Positions 1 to 8,859 of a DNA stretch of 38,663 nucleotides are shown here, piece by piece. The stretch lies in the IMG/VR virus record IMGVR_UViG_3300032330_001921, positions 1 through 38,663 of that record, one strand, 5' to 3'. The notes under the pieces were generated by a model that saw only the letters and a list, made by a program, of their open reading frames with translations, searched no databases and was not told the DNA's origin. The DNA comes from a virus. Lineage: Duplodnaviria; Caudoviricetes. The position numbers were made by a program, and so were the translations under genes. The stretch's first letter is position 1, and each line of letters opens with the position of its first letter.

Positions 1-1
1 A

Positions 2-715
2 GGGGTTTGCTCTGAGCTAATCAAGACAGTTAAAGAGTATCAGCAAACTGTGAAAGCTACTTCTCCTTATGTTGGAGTAGTGTTGGCTCTTCCAAAGCTA
101 TCAGAAGGCAAGAAGGTAAGTTTAAATGCTTATGAAACTTTGAAAGAAGTGTGCCAACTTGTAGAAGATAAGGTAGTTTCTCCGCTTATTATTCTTGATA
201 ATGAAAAAATTAATACTCTTTACCCTAAGTTACCAGTAAGTAAATTTTGGCAAGTAGCTAATTCAAATATTTCTGCTTTATTTCATCTATTTAATAATAT
301 TGTTACCAAGAGTAGCCAGCATTCTACTTTTGATAGCAATGATTTGAGAACTGTATTAGATTCTGGAATTATGGTATTTGGAATGACTAATGTTCCAAAT
401 TTGGGCAGCGAAGCTGATATTTCTAAGGCTGTAAGAGAAAATCTTAAGAGAAATGTGTTGTGTGGAGATTTGGATCTTGGATCAGGAAAGATTGCCGCTA
501 CAGTTGCTATCGCAGACGAAAAGACTCTCGACAGTATTCCTCAAGAATATTTGGATAATGCATTTAATCAACTGAATAGAACTCTACAGTCTGGAAGTAC
601 AGTTCATCAAGGAGTTTATAAAGGAAATAAGGAAGGCCTTTCTATATTTACTGCTATTGCTGGAATTTCGACTCCTCAAGGAAAGCTAGATGCCCTTTTG
701 AAGTCTAGTCAGTAA
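2..715 (+). CDS. Tubulin/FtsZ-family GTPase (PhuZ/TubZ-like), 5'-truncated by the window edge
   Basis: Frame is open from base 2 (GVCSELIK...). Contains 'VVLALPKLSEG', 'LIILDNEKI' and 'TFDSNDLRTVL', matching the FtsZ/tubulin T5-T7 region (xDxxD). The GGGTG signature would lie just upstream of the window. Confidence 0.75.
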   Translation, partial: GVCSELIKTVKEYQQTVKATSPYVGVVLALPKLSEGKKVSLNAYETLKEVCQLVEDKVVSPLIILDNEKINTLYPKLPVSKFWQVANSNISALFHLFNNIVTKSSQHSTFDSNDLRTVLDSGIMVFGMTNVPNLGSEADISKAVRENLKRNVLCGDLDLGSGKIAATVAIADEKTLDSIPQEYLDNAFNQLNRTLQSGSTVHQGVYKGNKEGLSIFTAIAGISTPQGKLDALLKSSQ

Positions 716-716
716 T

Positions 717-1583
717 ATGCGTCCCAGAGTAGCTGTTTGCTTAACTGGAGAAGTAAGGGGAATAAATTCTTGCGTTCCAACGCTCTATAAAAACATATTA
801 GAGCCTTTGAGCGCAGGAATTTTTTATTGTTTTAATAAGCACGATCCAATTAAAGACGATAAAGTTAATGTATTCAATAATAGGCTAGTCAAAGGCAGGA
901 TATATGAAAAGCCAGATCTAAGAAAGACTTTAGTCCCAGATTCTTTATATAGTAAATTAGATGAGCAAGATTTTTACTTTCAATCTAACTGGTTAGGAAC
1001 TGTAAATGGATGCACTGGAGGAGTTTGCTATAGGCATTGGGATTTTAAGAATTTAGCTTTTTTAATAACTCCTTATGTAAACGATTATGATTATTTTATT
1101 GTAACAAGAACAGACTTTCATTATTTATTTCCTATATTTGATTTTTCTATTTTAAATGGTCAAGAAATAATAAAGCATTCAGGCTTCGATAATACAGACG
1201 GCAAAGGAATGAACTGGGAATTTATAATTTGTCATAGAAGCAAAATTTTAGAATATTTAAATTCTCCTTATCTATTTATGAATGATCCCATGTTGCAAAA
1301 CTGCATGATTCAAGAGATAAGACAAAGACATAGGAATAACGAATGCTTTCAAAAAATAATAGCAGAATTCTATGAATGGAAAATATCAGAAATGGACATC
1401 AATTGCTTTATTAGCGCAGACTCCATGCAAGAAAGAACTACTTGGGGAGAAATAGATTTAGAAAAAAATTTTGGAGTGTGTTTTAAATATAGAGACATGA
1501 TGTATAAGGCTTATGATAATTATGAAAGGTTCAAAGTAAACAAGTCTTGGATTTCACAAGATCAATTTATAAAAGTTTCATAA
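717..1583 (+). CDS. Putative glycosyltransferase-like protein
   Basis: N-terminal 'RVAVCLTGEVRG' and internal 'YDYFIVTRTD' resemble the IALCxSGqxR...YDxVIRxRxD proteins common in large phages and giant viruses. Confidence 0.5.
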   Translation: MRPRVAVCLTGEVRGINSCVPTLYKNILEPLSAGIFYCFNKHDPIKDDKVNVFNNRLVKGRIYEKPDLRKTLVPDSLYSKLDEQDFYFQSNWLGTVNGCTGGVCYRHWDFKNLAFLITPYVNDYDYFIVTRTDFHYLFPIFDFSILNGQEIIKHSGFDNTDGKGMNWEFIICHRSKILEYLNSPYLFMNDPMLQNCMIQEIRQRHRNNECFQKIIAEFYEWKISEMDINCFISADSMQERTTWGEIDLEKNFGVCFKYRDMMYKAYDNYERFKVNKSWISQDQFIKVS

Positions 1584-1601
1584 TTTTAAAAAATATAAAT
1601 T

Positions 1602-1630
1602 TTGAAAAGACTCTAATCAAATAATAGAAT
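1602..1630 (+). promoter_or_regulatory. sigma70-like promoter (17-bp spacer)
   Basis: TTGAAA-N17-TAGAAT, 7 nt before ATG 1638 (leaderless geometry). Confidence 0.5.
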
Positions 1631-1637
1631 ATTCGTC

Positions 1638-2180
1638 ATGTCTCGTCACGCTAATCTTCCTTTTCATATTTATGTTAATGTAGATAATAGATTTCTTGGC
1701 GATAAAATGCCTTCTGGTTATACTCCAGCAATTTGGCATTCTGTTTTTTGTAGGTCTAATCAAGTATTAATGTGCCATGTTTTGCTTGAGTCTGGAGCTA
1801 ATTGGACTGGTTTGCCCATCCATGCTATTTCAACCAAGAAAGCTTTTGAGTTTACTTCTGATGATTTAATGCCTTGGGCGGCAATGGGAGAAGACTTAGA
1901 TATATTTAATGTCAAATATCTTGAAGGCGTAGAATGTAAGACGACAGAGCCAATAGAATCAAAAGGCAGACACACTGGAATAATGATTGATTGGAAAGAT
2001 GGCTTTAGCAGATATGCCCAAGAGCATAAGCCATTAAATATGATAGAATTAGAAAATGGGCAATTTGCTTTTCTGCCAAATAATTTTATTGTTTATGAAG
2101 ACAAGCATTTTGTTAATAAAGACGCTCAAAGTAATTTTAAACATTACAAGCGAGGCGAAAAGATTTATTGGGGTAAATAA
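1638..2180 (+). CDS. Conserved phage hypothetical protein
   Basis: 180-aa ORF with promoter and terminator; 'LLESGANWTGLPIHAI' and 'NGQFAFLPNN' recall a family seen in aquatic phages. Confidence 0.7.
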   Translation: MSRHANLPFHIYVNVDNRFLGDKMPSGYTPAIWHSVFCRSNQVLMCHVLLESGANWTGLPIHAISTKKAFEFTSDDLMPWAAMGEDLDIFNVKYLEGVECKTTEPIESKGRHTGIMIDWKDGFSRYAQEHKPLNMIELENGQFAFLPNNFIVYEDKHFVNKDAQSNFKHYKRGEKIYWGK

Positions 2181-2214
2181 AAAAGCCAGCCTTTCGGCTG
2201 GCGTGTTTGTTTTT
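2181..2214. terminator. Bidirectional intrinsic terminator
   Basis: GCCAGCC-TTTC-GGCTGGC hairpin with an A-run on the left and a T-rich tail on the right, between convergent genes. Confidence 0.75.
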
Positions 2215-2221
2215 AATTAAG

Positions 2222-3481
2222 TTACCTCTTAGAATTACCGGGGTATTCTTTTAAGTCTTTATCCAACTCTTCAGGAGTAAAGATTTTATCTTTTGTTATT
2301 TGATTTTCTATAGGATAATCAAGGTGAACAGTTTTTTTGTATTCTAGTTGATATTCCATATCGTCTTCAGTAAAGGCTCCTTCTCTTTCTCCATGTTCTT
2401 TTTCTAAAGTGGGTTCAACAATAGTTTTATAAGCCTGATCTACTACTTTAGTATTATGTTTATTTAAAATAAGAGGAGGTTGAAATAGAGCGGCATTTGT
2501 TAATTGATCAACTGTCTTAGTTAAAGAGTCTCCTATTTTATAGTTTCCTCCATTATTTGTTACTCTATATTTGACAACTTTACCCATATCATTTGGCAAA
2601 TCTTCAACATCTTCAACTACGCCTTCGCTACCATAGTGCTTGCAACTAGGATTAATGTTTTTAACTTTTGAGCCGATTTCAAAATCTCTTTCTAGTCCAT
2701 TCTTAGTAATAGAAGCGAAACCTTCTTTAGGGTACATTAAATATCCATGAATACTGTTGACATAATTTTCTAGCAAAGCAATATCTGATAGCACCCAAGG
2801 ATCAGAACATCTTGCAGCAATAACTGGATCAGATTTTACAGCTTCAATCATTGCAGACATTTTTTCTGCACCAGCACTAAATATAGTTACTGCCATCTCA
2901 GCAGCTTCTTGACTATTGAACAGCATTTCTTCTGGATCTTTTTCCACTTCAATGTCGTCTGCTTTTGCAAACTCTGGGCAAATCTTAAGTAATTCGATTT
3001 GATCCCATAGAGTAATTCCATCCCAATCTTCTTCGCCGCCTTGAGCTTTCTTTAGCGCATCTTGCTTTGGATAATCTTTATCTCCCGGCTTTGCTGGTTT
3101 ATAGTTTTGACCAAGGCGTTCTTTCTTTTTTTGAATATTATACCAAAGTCCTTTCTTAGCTTCTGATTCAGCGTCTACTTGAACAGAACCTTGAACTGGA
3201 GCATTAGCTCTCCATTGTCTGCAAGACCAATAATTAGCTTTCCATTTTGGGCCGGGACTCTTATCGCAACCATGCCTAGCTCTATAGCTCTTTCTTCTTG
3301 CAGGATCATCTCTTTTGATTTCCATATTTGGATCACCAAAATTAACTTTTACAACATTTCCTTTGTCATTTTTTACATAGACAGAGAATTTCTTTGGACC
3401 CTTTGGAGTCCTGAATGGTTTATTTAATGCTTTTTGCTGTTTTGCAGCAAGAATTTGAGTGGATAAATCAACAGTAGTCAT
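2222..3481 (-). CDS. Multidomain phage protein with N-terminal DUF6321-like domain
   Basis: 'KKFSVYVKNDKGNVVKVNFGDPNMEIKRDDPARRKSYRARHGC...ANYWSC' is the DUF6321-type motif; followed by a basic 'GLWYNIQKKKER' module and an SH3/KOW-like 'IGSKVKNINPSCKHYGSEGVV' module. Confidence 0.65.
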   Translation of the reverse strand: MTTVDLSTQILAAKQQKALNKPFRTPKGPKKFSVYVKNDKGNVVKVNFGDPNMEIKRDDPARRKSYRARHGCDKSPGPKWKANYWSCRQWRANAPVQGSVQVDAESEAKKGLWYNIQKKKERLGQNYKPAKPGDKDYPKQDALKKAQGGEEDWDGITLWDQIELLKICPEFAKADDIEVEKDPEEMLFNSQEAAEMAVTIFSAGAEKMSAMIEAVKSDPVIAARCSDPWVLSDIALLENYVNSIHGYLMYPKEGFASITKNGLERDFEIGSKVKNINPSCKHYGSEGVVEDVEDLPNDMGKVVKYRVTNNGGNYKIGDSLTKTVDQLTNAALFQPPLILNKHNTKVVDQAYKTIVEPTLEKEHGEREGAFTEDDMEYQLEYKKTVHLDYPIENQITKDKIFTPEELDKDLKEYPGNSKR

Positions 3482-3494
3482 AACTTATTTCTAT

Positions 3495-3500
3495 TACACT
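3495..3500 (-). promoter_or_regulatory. AGTGTA motif, putative phage late promoter
   Basis: AGTGTA 13 nt upstream of the 3481 start; the same motif occurs at 4052, 11381(-) and 38502. Confidence 0.5.
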
Positions 3501-3517
3501 TTTTGTAAAACAATAAC

Positions 3518-3545
3518 TTGACTTTTTCTAACCAATAAACATTAT
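3518..3545 (+). promoter_or_regulatory. sigma70-like promoter (16-bp spacer)
   Basis: TTGACT-N16-CATTAT, 8 nt before ATG 3554. Confidence 0.55.
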
Positions 3546-3553
3546 GTAACGAA

Positions 3554-4051
3554 ATGAATTTAGATCGCCCAAATTGGAATGATTATTTTCTGGGGTTAGC
3601 TTTCATAGCTTCTTCTCGCAGCAGAGATCAAGAAACAAAACATGGAACAGTTATAGTAGATAATAATAATATTGTTCTTGGCACTGGTTACAATTCTTTT
3701 ATTAGGGGTATAAATGATCAAAGTTTGCCAGCTTTAAGGCCAAATAAGTACCCTTTTATGATACATTCTGAATTGAATGCTATTTTAAATTGTAGAGTTT
3801 TGCCAAGAGAAGCAGGAGGCGGCAGAGCTTATGTAACTGGGAAATGCTGCAATAACTGTTTGCAATCCCTAATCCAAGCAGGAGTTAATGAAATATATAT
3901 GGCAAATAGAAAAGGAACTATGCTTGAAGATGAAGCTAGTTTGTCAGTTTGTAACCAAATAATAGAGCAATCTGGCATTGCAGTTCGTGTTATGAATTAC
4001 GATTTATCTTGGATTAAACAAATAGCAGAATACTACAATATCAATAAATAA
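3554..4051 (+). CDS. dCMP deaminase
   Basis: 'RPNWNDYF', 'RSRD', 'GTGYN', 'IHSELNAI' (HxE) and 'CCNNC' (CxxC Zn site) are cytidine/deoxycytidylate deaminase motifs. Confidence 0.92.
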   Translation: MNLDRPNWNDYFLGLAFIASSRSRDQETKHGTVIVDNNNIVLGTGYNSFIRGINDQSLPALRPNKYPFMIHSELNAILNCRVLPREAGGGRAYVTGKCCNNCLQSLIQAGVNEIYMANRKGTMLEDEASLSVCNQIIEQSGIAVRVMNYDLSWIKQIAEYYNINK

Positions 4052-4057
4052 AGTGTA
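4052..4057 (+). promoter_or_regulatory. AGTGTA motif, putative phage late promoter
   Basis: 9 nt upstream of ATG 4067. Confidence 0.45.
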
Positions 4058-4066
4058 TTTTAAAAT

Positions 4067-4264
4067 ATGAAAGTAGAAATAAGTTCAAAATTATATAAGA
4101 AATTTCAAAAACTAGAAGATACAGAAGAGTTAAACGAAATAGAAACTTTAGATTATTTTCAAGAAATCCTAGAAGATTTAATGGATGATTACATTTTAGA
4201 ACATTTAAATAGACAAGAAGATAACTACAAAATAGAAGAGGACGACAATAATGAACAAGAATGA
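4067..4264 (+). CDS. Hypothetical acidic protein
   Basis: 65-aa ORF in operon-like packing. Confidence 0.65.
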   Translation: MKVEISSKLYKKFQKLEDTEELNEIETLDYFQEILEDLMDDYILEHLNRQEDNYKIEEDDNNEQE

Positions 4265-4424
4265 GCCAAATAAAGCAGTGTTGAATGAATTAGTTGATGA
4301 ATTAATAAGAGCAACAATTCAAGAAGACTTAAAACTTAAAGAATTAGATAAGTCTATTGATCCAGCATCAATTAGCTATTCAACTCATCTAGCCAAAACA
4401 ATTAAAGAATTCATAAATGAATAA
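4251..4424 (+). CDS. Hypothetical protein (57 aa, not in ORF track)
   Basis: ATG 4251 to TAA 4424 (MNKNEPNKAVLNELVDELIR...) fills the gap and overlaps both neighbours. Confidence 0.6.
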   Translation: MNKNEPNKAVLNELVDELIRATIQEDLKLKELDKSIDPASISYSTHLAKTIKEFINE

Positions 4425-4719
4425 AGATAATTTATCTAAAGCTCAAGATATAATTAAAAGAGTAGATTTATCTAATCAAAGCATTGTCTGGTGGGAAAAC
4501 GAAATTGCAAAGCTAATGGAAGAACTAGACAAGATAGAAAATTCTAAAAAGAAAAAAGATAAGCAAAGAACTATAGAATTGCTAACTCAATTAGAAGCCC
4601 TACTCCCAAGAGGCAGATTAGAGATAGATACGATAGATAAGCTAGAGCAAGAGGTCCAAGAATTTATTAAACATGAAAAAGAAACGAAGCAAAATCCAAA
4701 AAAAGGCCCAAGGAAGTAA
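4417..4719 (+). CDS. Hypothetical coiled-coil protein
   Basis: 100-aa helical ORF, tightly packed. Confidence 0.7.
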   Translation: MNKDNLSKAQDIIKRVDLSNQSIVWWENEIAKLMEELDKIENSKKKKDKQRTIELLTQLEALLPRGRLEIDTIDKLEQEVQEFIKHEKETKQNPKKGPRK

Positions 4720-4870
4720 ATCATTTAACTTTTATCAAGTAGTTTCTAAAAATAAGAAATTTAATTTTGGAGCTTTCCCAGCCAACAAAGAAGGGCTAGG
4801 CATGGCTAGGAGTTGGGCGGAGAAAATGACTGAAGAAACTGGTGAAAAGTTCATGGTGAAAAAGCGTTGA
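4673..4870 (+). CDS. Hypothetical basic protein
   Basis: 65-aa ORF followed by a hairpin. Confidence 0.6.
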   Translation: MKKKRSKIQKKAQGSKSFNFYQVVSKNKKFNFGAFPANKEGLGMARSWAEKMTEETGEKFMVKKR

Positions 4871-4888
4871 CAAACGTAAAAGTCTCTG

Positions 4889-4913
4889 AAAACCCCGGTT
4901 TTGCTGGGGTTTT
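4889..4913 (+). terminator. Putative terminator hairpin
   Basis: AAAACCCCGG-N5-CTGGGGTTTT. Confidence 0.5.
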
Positions 4914-4940
4914 GACGCGAAAAAATTTTCCGAAAAGGGC

Positions 4941-4968
4941 TTGATCGCAGAGCAAGATGGTGTAGATT
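4941..4968 (+). promoter_or_regulatory. sigma70-like promoter (16-bp spacer)
   Basis: TTGATC-N16-TAGATT upstream of rIIA. Confidence 0.55.
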
Positions 4969-5008
4969 CGTTGCGTAGTCTGAGTCTCAACCTTAACTTG
5001 CAGCGCAA

Positions 5009-7165
5009 ATGATCGTCCTAGAAAAGTCCTACCAAGTTCGTAAGTCCGGCATCGAAAACGAGGGAGTCTCTTTCGGAATCAAGAAAGAGGGTCTTGCTCA
5101 CATTTTCAACGTCCTTCGCAATCAGCTTTACTCAAACAAGATTCTCGCGGTTATCCGAGAGTATTCTTGCAACGCTTACGACGCTCACGTTGAAGCGGGA
5201 GTTGCTGATCAAAAGTTCATCGTCACCTGTCCCACCTTTGATGACCCGTCTTTTTCAGTGCGGGATTTCGGGTCTGGGCTTTCTCCTGAAGGTATCGCTG
5301 AAGTGTACGCCTACTATGGCGAATCTACCAAGCGTCAGAGCAACGCTCTGATTGGTCAACTCGGTCTTGGCTCTAAGTCTGGTTTCGCTTATGGCGACAA
5401 CTTCGTAATTAAGAGTTATCACGATGGCACTCTTTATACCTACAACGCTTTCCTCGACGAGAGCAAGATCGGGCAGATTCTCCTTATGAACGAGGAGTCT
5501 ACCTCAGAAAACAATGGAGTAGAGATTGTTATTCCTGTTAAGATCAAAGATCTTCATTCTTTCAAGGAAACTATCGCTCAGTTCTTCAAGCATTTCAAAA
5601 ACAAGCCCATCATTAAGAATATCCCTCAAGAGTATCTTGATGAGCAATGGAAGCTAGACGAGCTTGTCTTGAATGGCGATGGCTGGTCTTTCCTCAAGTC
5701 TCGCAACTCTTGGGATGCTACTCCTTCTGTTGCCATTATGGGTAATGTTGCTTATCCTATTAATGGCGACTCTGTTGAAGGTTTGAGTCATGTTTTCCAT
5801 ACGAATTTTATTGTTGAATTTGAAATCGGAGAACTTGAGGTCGCTGCTTCCCGTGAAGCTCTTCAGTTCAGCACTGTCACTCAGAACGCAATCAAGAAGC
5901 GTTTCAAGTCTATTATGACTGAAGTAGACTCTAAGATCAAAGATAAGATCACAAATGCTAAAAGCCTTTTTGAAGCCAAGGCTATTTACAACAGTTTGAC
6001 TAATAATCATGGCGATTTTTATCGCTTCAAGAGTCACTTCAATAACATCTCTTGGAATAACCAAAAGTTGGAGGATTATCGCCTGATTCCTACCAACACT
6101 GTTGCCAAGCAAATGAAGGTCTATGAAATCCTAAAGAGTGGTCGCTCAGAGCGGATTATCAGTAAGACTGTTGATAACAAAATTATCAATTGCACCTCTT
6201 GGGCTAGGCTTTACGTTGATGACACTAAGACTAAGTTCATGCCCCGCTTGGCGCACTATGTCTTTGACAAGACGCATGGCATTCAACATATTTATGTTAT
6301 TAGTTTCGAGAATGACGTTGCCAAGAAGGCGTATCTGAGTGACGTTGGCATGGAAGAGAAGGAACTCGTTTACACTTCTAGTGAGAAGATTAATAAGATT
6401 GTTTATCCCAAAGATACTTCTGGCGTTTCTGTAGACGAGAATCCCAAGCATATCTCTTCAGAATTCAAGCTGGATCTCTCCGCGACTCACAGTTGGTATA
6501 AAATCAAGAGCGATCAATTCAAACAGGCTTCTTTTAACTTGGATGACGGCGGGGTTTACTTGCATATCAATAGGTTTTATTGCAAATCTTATTTTGATAG
6601 AAATGATCCTGAGTGTATTATTGATGCAACTCAATTTATAAGGTTGCTTAATCTTACTAACAAAGCGTTCAAGATTGACTTTCCTGAGATCGCTTGTTTC
6701 AAGGAGGATACAGCAGAAAAGGTTGCTGGTAATCCCAAGTGGAAGAGCCTAAAGAAGTATGTTGAGGATTACATTTCTGTTCATTGGACAGACAATCAAA
6801 GCCAAAAGCTGGCAAATTATGTTGAGTATAAGCAGTTCACAAGGCACAATGCAACGGAAATGCGCTTTATGAGGCGCATCAAGAAGATTGCTGTTGTTAA
6901 AGATTTTAGTGATTTGGTTGAATCTTTTAACTTGCAAACCGTAAATACCATTATTGCTGATGAACTTATTGCCACATTTGAACGCACTGGTTTGCTTGGA
7001 ACCGTCACCGCGAACCTGAAGCCCACTCATTCTCTCGAAATTGAATTTAATAAGATTAAAGATCAGTTTGAGATTTTTAAGGCAATTAACTGGTACGAAG
7101 ACAAAAACGCTCCTATCGTCGAAAAATATCTCCAACTTGAAGAAAAAAGTTTGACAGCCGCCTGA
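5009..7165 (+). CDS. rIIA: rIIA-like protein (N-terminal GHKL/HSP90-like ATPase)
   Basis: 'LYSNKILAVIREYSCNAYDAH', 'VRDFGSGLS', 'YGESTKRQSNALIGQLGLGSKSGFAY', 'MGNVAYPI', 'SREALQ'; adjacent to rIIB. Confidence 0.88.
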   Translation: MIVLEKSYQVRKSGIENEGVSFGIKKEGLAHIFNVLRNQLYSNKILAVIREYSCNAYDAHVEAGVADQKFIVTCPTFDDPSFSVRDFGSGLSPEGIAEVYAYYGESTKRQSNALIGQLGLGSKSGFAYGDNFVIKSYHDGTLYTYNAFLDESKIGQILLMNEESTSENNGVEIVIPVKIKDLHSFKETIAQFFKHFKNKPIIKNIPQEYLDEQWKLDELVLNGDGWSFLKSRNSWDATPSVAIMGNVAYPINGDSVEGLSHVFHTNFIVEFEIGELEVAASREALQFSTVTQNAIKKRFKSIMTEVDSKIKDKITNAKSLFEAKAIYNSLTNNHGDFYRFKSHFNNISWNNQKLEDYRLIPTNTVAKQMKVYEILKSGRSERIISKTVDNKIINCTSWARLYVDDTKTKFMPRLAHYVFDKTHGIQHIYVISFENDVAKKAYLSDVGMEEKELVYTSSEKINKIVYPKDTSGVSVDENPKHISSEFKLDLSATHSWYKIKSDQFKQASFNLDDGGVYLHINRFYCKSYFDRNDPECIIDATQFIRLLNLTNKAFKIDFPEIACFKEDTAEKVAGNPKWKSLKKYVEDYISVHWTDNQSQKLANYVEYKQFTRHNATEMRFMRRIKKIAVVKDFSDLVESFNLQTVNTIIADELIATFERTGLLGTVTANLKPTHSLEIEFNKIKDQFEIFKAINWYEDKNAPIVEKYLQLEEKSLTAA

Positions 7166-7178
7166 ACTTCCCCATAAT
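7151..7178 (+). promoter_or_regulatory. sigma70-like promoter (16-bp spacer)
   Basis: TTGACA-N16-CATAAT overlapping the rIIA end, upstream of rIIB. Confidence 0.65.
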
Positions 7179-7191
7179 CCACTCGTAGTCT

Positions 7192-8091
7192 ATGAAAACA
7201 CCTGCATTTATTCTCACCGAGAATTCGCTCACGGTCAGCCTTGAAGGCAAGACCTACACTATCAACTCTGGCAACCCTTGCTGGAAACAGGCAATCGAAT
7301 GCCTCAAGCGCAAAGATTACGATGCGCTAAAGGAATGCGTCTCAATTAAGAAGGCTATTTCTTCTTTCACTGGAGATAAAGTTAAAGTTGTCGATGGCAC
7401 GATCTTCTTCAACGGAGAGCCGATCCATAACTATCTGACAGATAAGATCTTGTCCTTCATGGAGAAGGGTCTTCCGCATGAGAGCTTGATTAAGTTCTTG
7501 GAGCGTTTGATGGCTAACCCTTCTCGTCGAGCCGTCAATGAACTGTACGCATTCTTGGCTCACAAGAATATGCCTATCACTGACGCTGGCACATTTTTGG
7601 CGTATAAGAGTGTCCGTTCAGATTATACTGATCATCATACTGGTAATTTCAATAACTCAATTGGAAATACTTTGCAGATGATCCGCAACAATGTTTGCGA
7701 TGATCATAACCAAGGCTGTTCAGTTGGCTTCCACGCTGGATCACTTGAATATGCTTCTAGTTTTGGAGGCCATGATTCAATCCTTCTGATTGTCGAGATT
7801 GATCCTGCTGATGTTGTTTCTGTTCCTTCTGATTGCAACTGTCAGAAGCTCCGCACTTGCAAGTATAAAGTTGTGGCTAAGTACGATGGTCCGCTGCCGC
7901 AGCACTACACTAAAGATGCTGAATCGGCTTACCAACCTCAAGACGATGAAGATGATAATGATCTTGATTTTGATGATGGTTGGGATAACGATGATAAATC
8001 TGAAGAAATCTCCGTTATTACCGTTCAGGTTGGAGATAAATCTCATAAATTTGTAAGGGACTCCAAAGGTCGCTTTGCAAAGCAAGGTTAA
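7192..8091 (+). CDS. rIIB: rIIB-like protein
   Basis: 'FLERLMANPSRRAVNELYAFL...PITDAGTFLAYKSVRSDYTDHHTG...CSVGFHAGSLEYA...DPADVVSVPSD...KLRTCKYKVV' is the rIIB core. Confidence 0.92.
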   Translation: MKTPAFILTENSLTVSLEGKTYTINSGNPCWKQAIECLKRKDYDALKECVSIKKAISSFTGDKVKVVDGTIFFNGEPIHNYLTDKILSFMEKGLPHESLIKFLERLMANPSRRAVNELYAFLAHKNMPITDAGTFLAYKSVRSDYTDHHTGNFNNSIGNTLQMIRNNVCDDHNQGCSVGFHAGSLEYASSFGGHDSILLIVEIDPADVVSVPSDCNCQKLRTCKYKVVAKYDGPLPQHYTKDAESAYQPQDDEDDNDLDFDDGWDNDDKSEEISVITVQVGDKSHKFVRDSKGRFAKQG

Positions 8092-8104
8092 GTAGACTAC
8101 AATT

Positions 8105-8132
8105 GGGGGCGGGGGAAACCTCGCCCCCTTTC
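8105..8132 (+). terminator. GC-rich hairpin, putative terminator
   Basis: GGGGGCGGGG-GAAA-CCTCGCCCCC followed by a short T run. Confidence 0.6.
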
Positions 8133-8136
8133 TAAT

Positions 8137-8859
8137 ATGCAATTGGATTTTATTGGTAATATTTACAATAACTCTCTTATACAAGGAGACTTATTTGATG
8201 GTCCGATTGTAAGGAAACCTTTTACTAAAGATGTAGAAGAATTCTTCCATTCTATCTCTTCTAGTGAAATACAAGAGCATCATAATTACTGGTCTAAATT
8301 AACCCCAGAAGAACCAGAGCAAAAGTTTCAGAGATATTTATTTGCTTTTCTTTCTGTGCATACTACATGGGAGAACAATGTAAAAGCCTATATTAGAATC
8401 AAAGACTTCTGGAATTGGATGGGCAATGAAGAAGAGTTGCGCTCCAGATTGATTGAGTGTGGAGTGGGGCTTCACAATAATAGAGTAAGATTTATAACTA
8501 ATTTTTCTAAAGATTACTGGCAGAATCGCAAGTCAGATTACGAGAAGAAGAATTCAGAAAAGTGGACTGAATACCGTGACAGGCTAGAGAGTCGCATCTT
8601 GGGGCTTGGTCTGGCGAAGACTAGCTTCGCTCTTGAGATGCAGCATCCACTAGAGGCGCACTGCTTTTGCGCTGATACTCACCTCTTTCAATTATATAAA
8701 TTAAATCAATCAAAGCACGGCAGACAATACAAGAATATAGAAGATCATTGGCTTACTTGGAGCAAGATGTTTAATATTCCTAGTTATATTGCTAGGGCTA
8801 TATTCTGGAATCGTAAACAAAAACAAAACAACTGCCACTATTGGGCGCACTGCCTATGA
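8137..8859 (+). CDS. HhH-superfamily DNA glycosylase/lyase (OGG2-like)
   Basis: 'ILGLGLAKTSFAL' helix-hairpin-helix followed by 'ADTHLFQ' (catalytic Asp). Confidence 0.6.
   Translation: MQLDFIGNIYNNSLIQGDLFDGPIVRKPFTKDVEEFFHSISSSEIQEHHNYWSKLTPEEPEQKFQRYLFAFLSVHTTWENNVKAYIRIKDFWNWMGNEEELRSRLIECGVGLHNNRVRFITNFSKDYWQNRKSDYEKKNSEKWTEYRDRLESRILGLGLAKTSFALEMQHPLEAHCFCADTHLFQLYKLNQSKHGRQYKNIEDHWLTWSKMFNIPSYIARAIFWNRKQKQNNCHYWAHCL

Noticed and set aside
5094-8184. Alternative-frame and antisense ORFs within rIIA/rIIB
   Set aside because: Fully nested in well-supported genes, with no motifs or expression signals.
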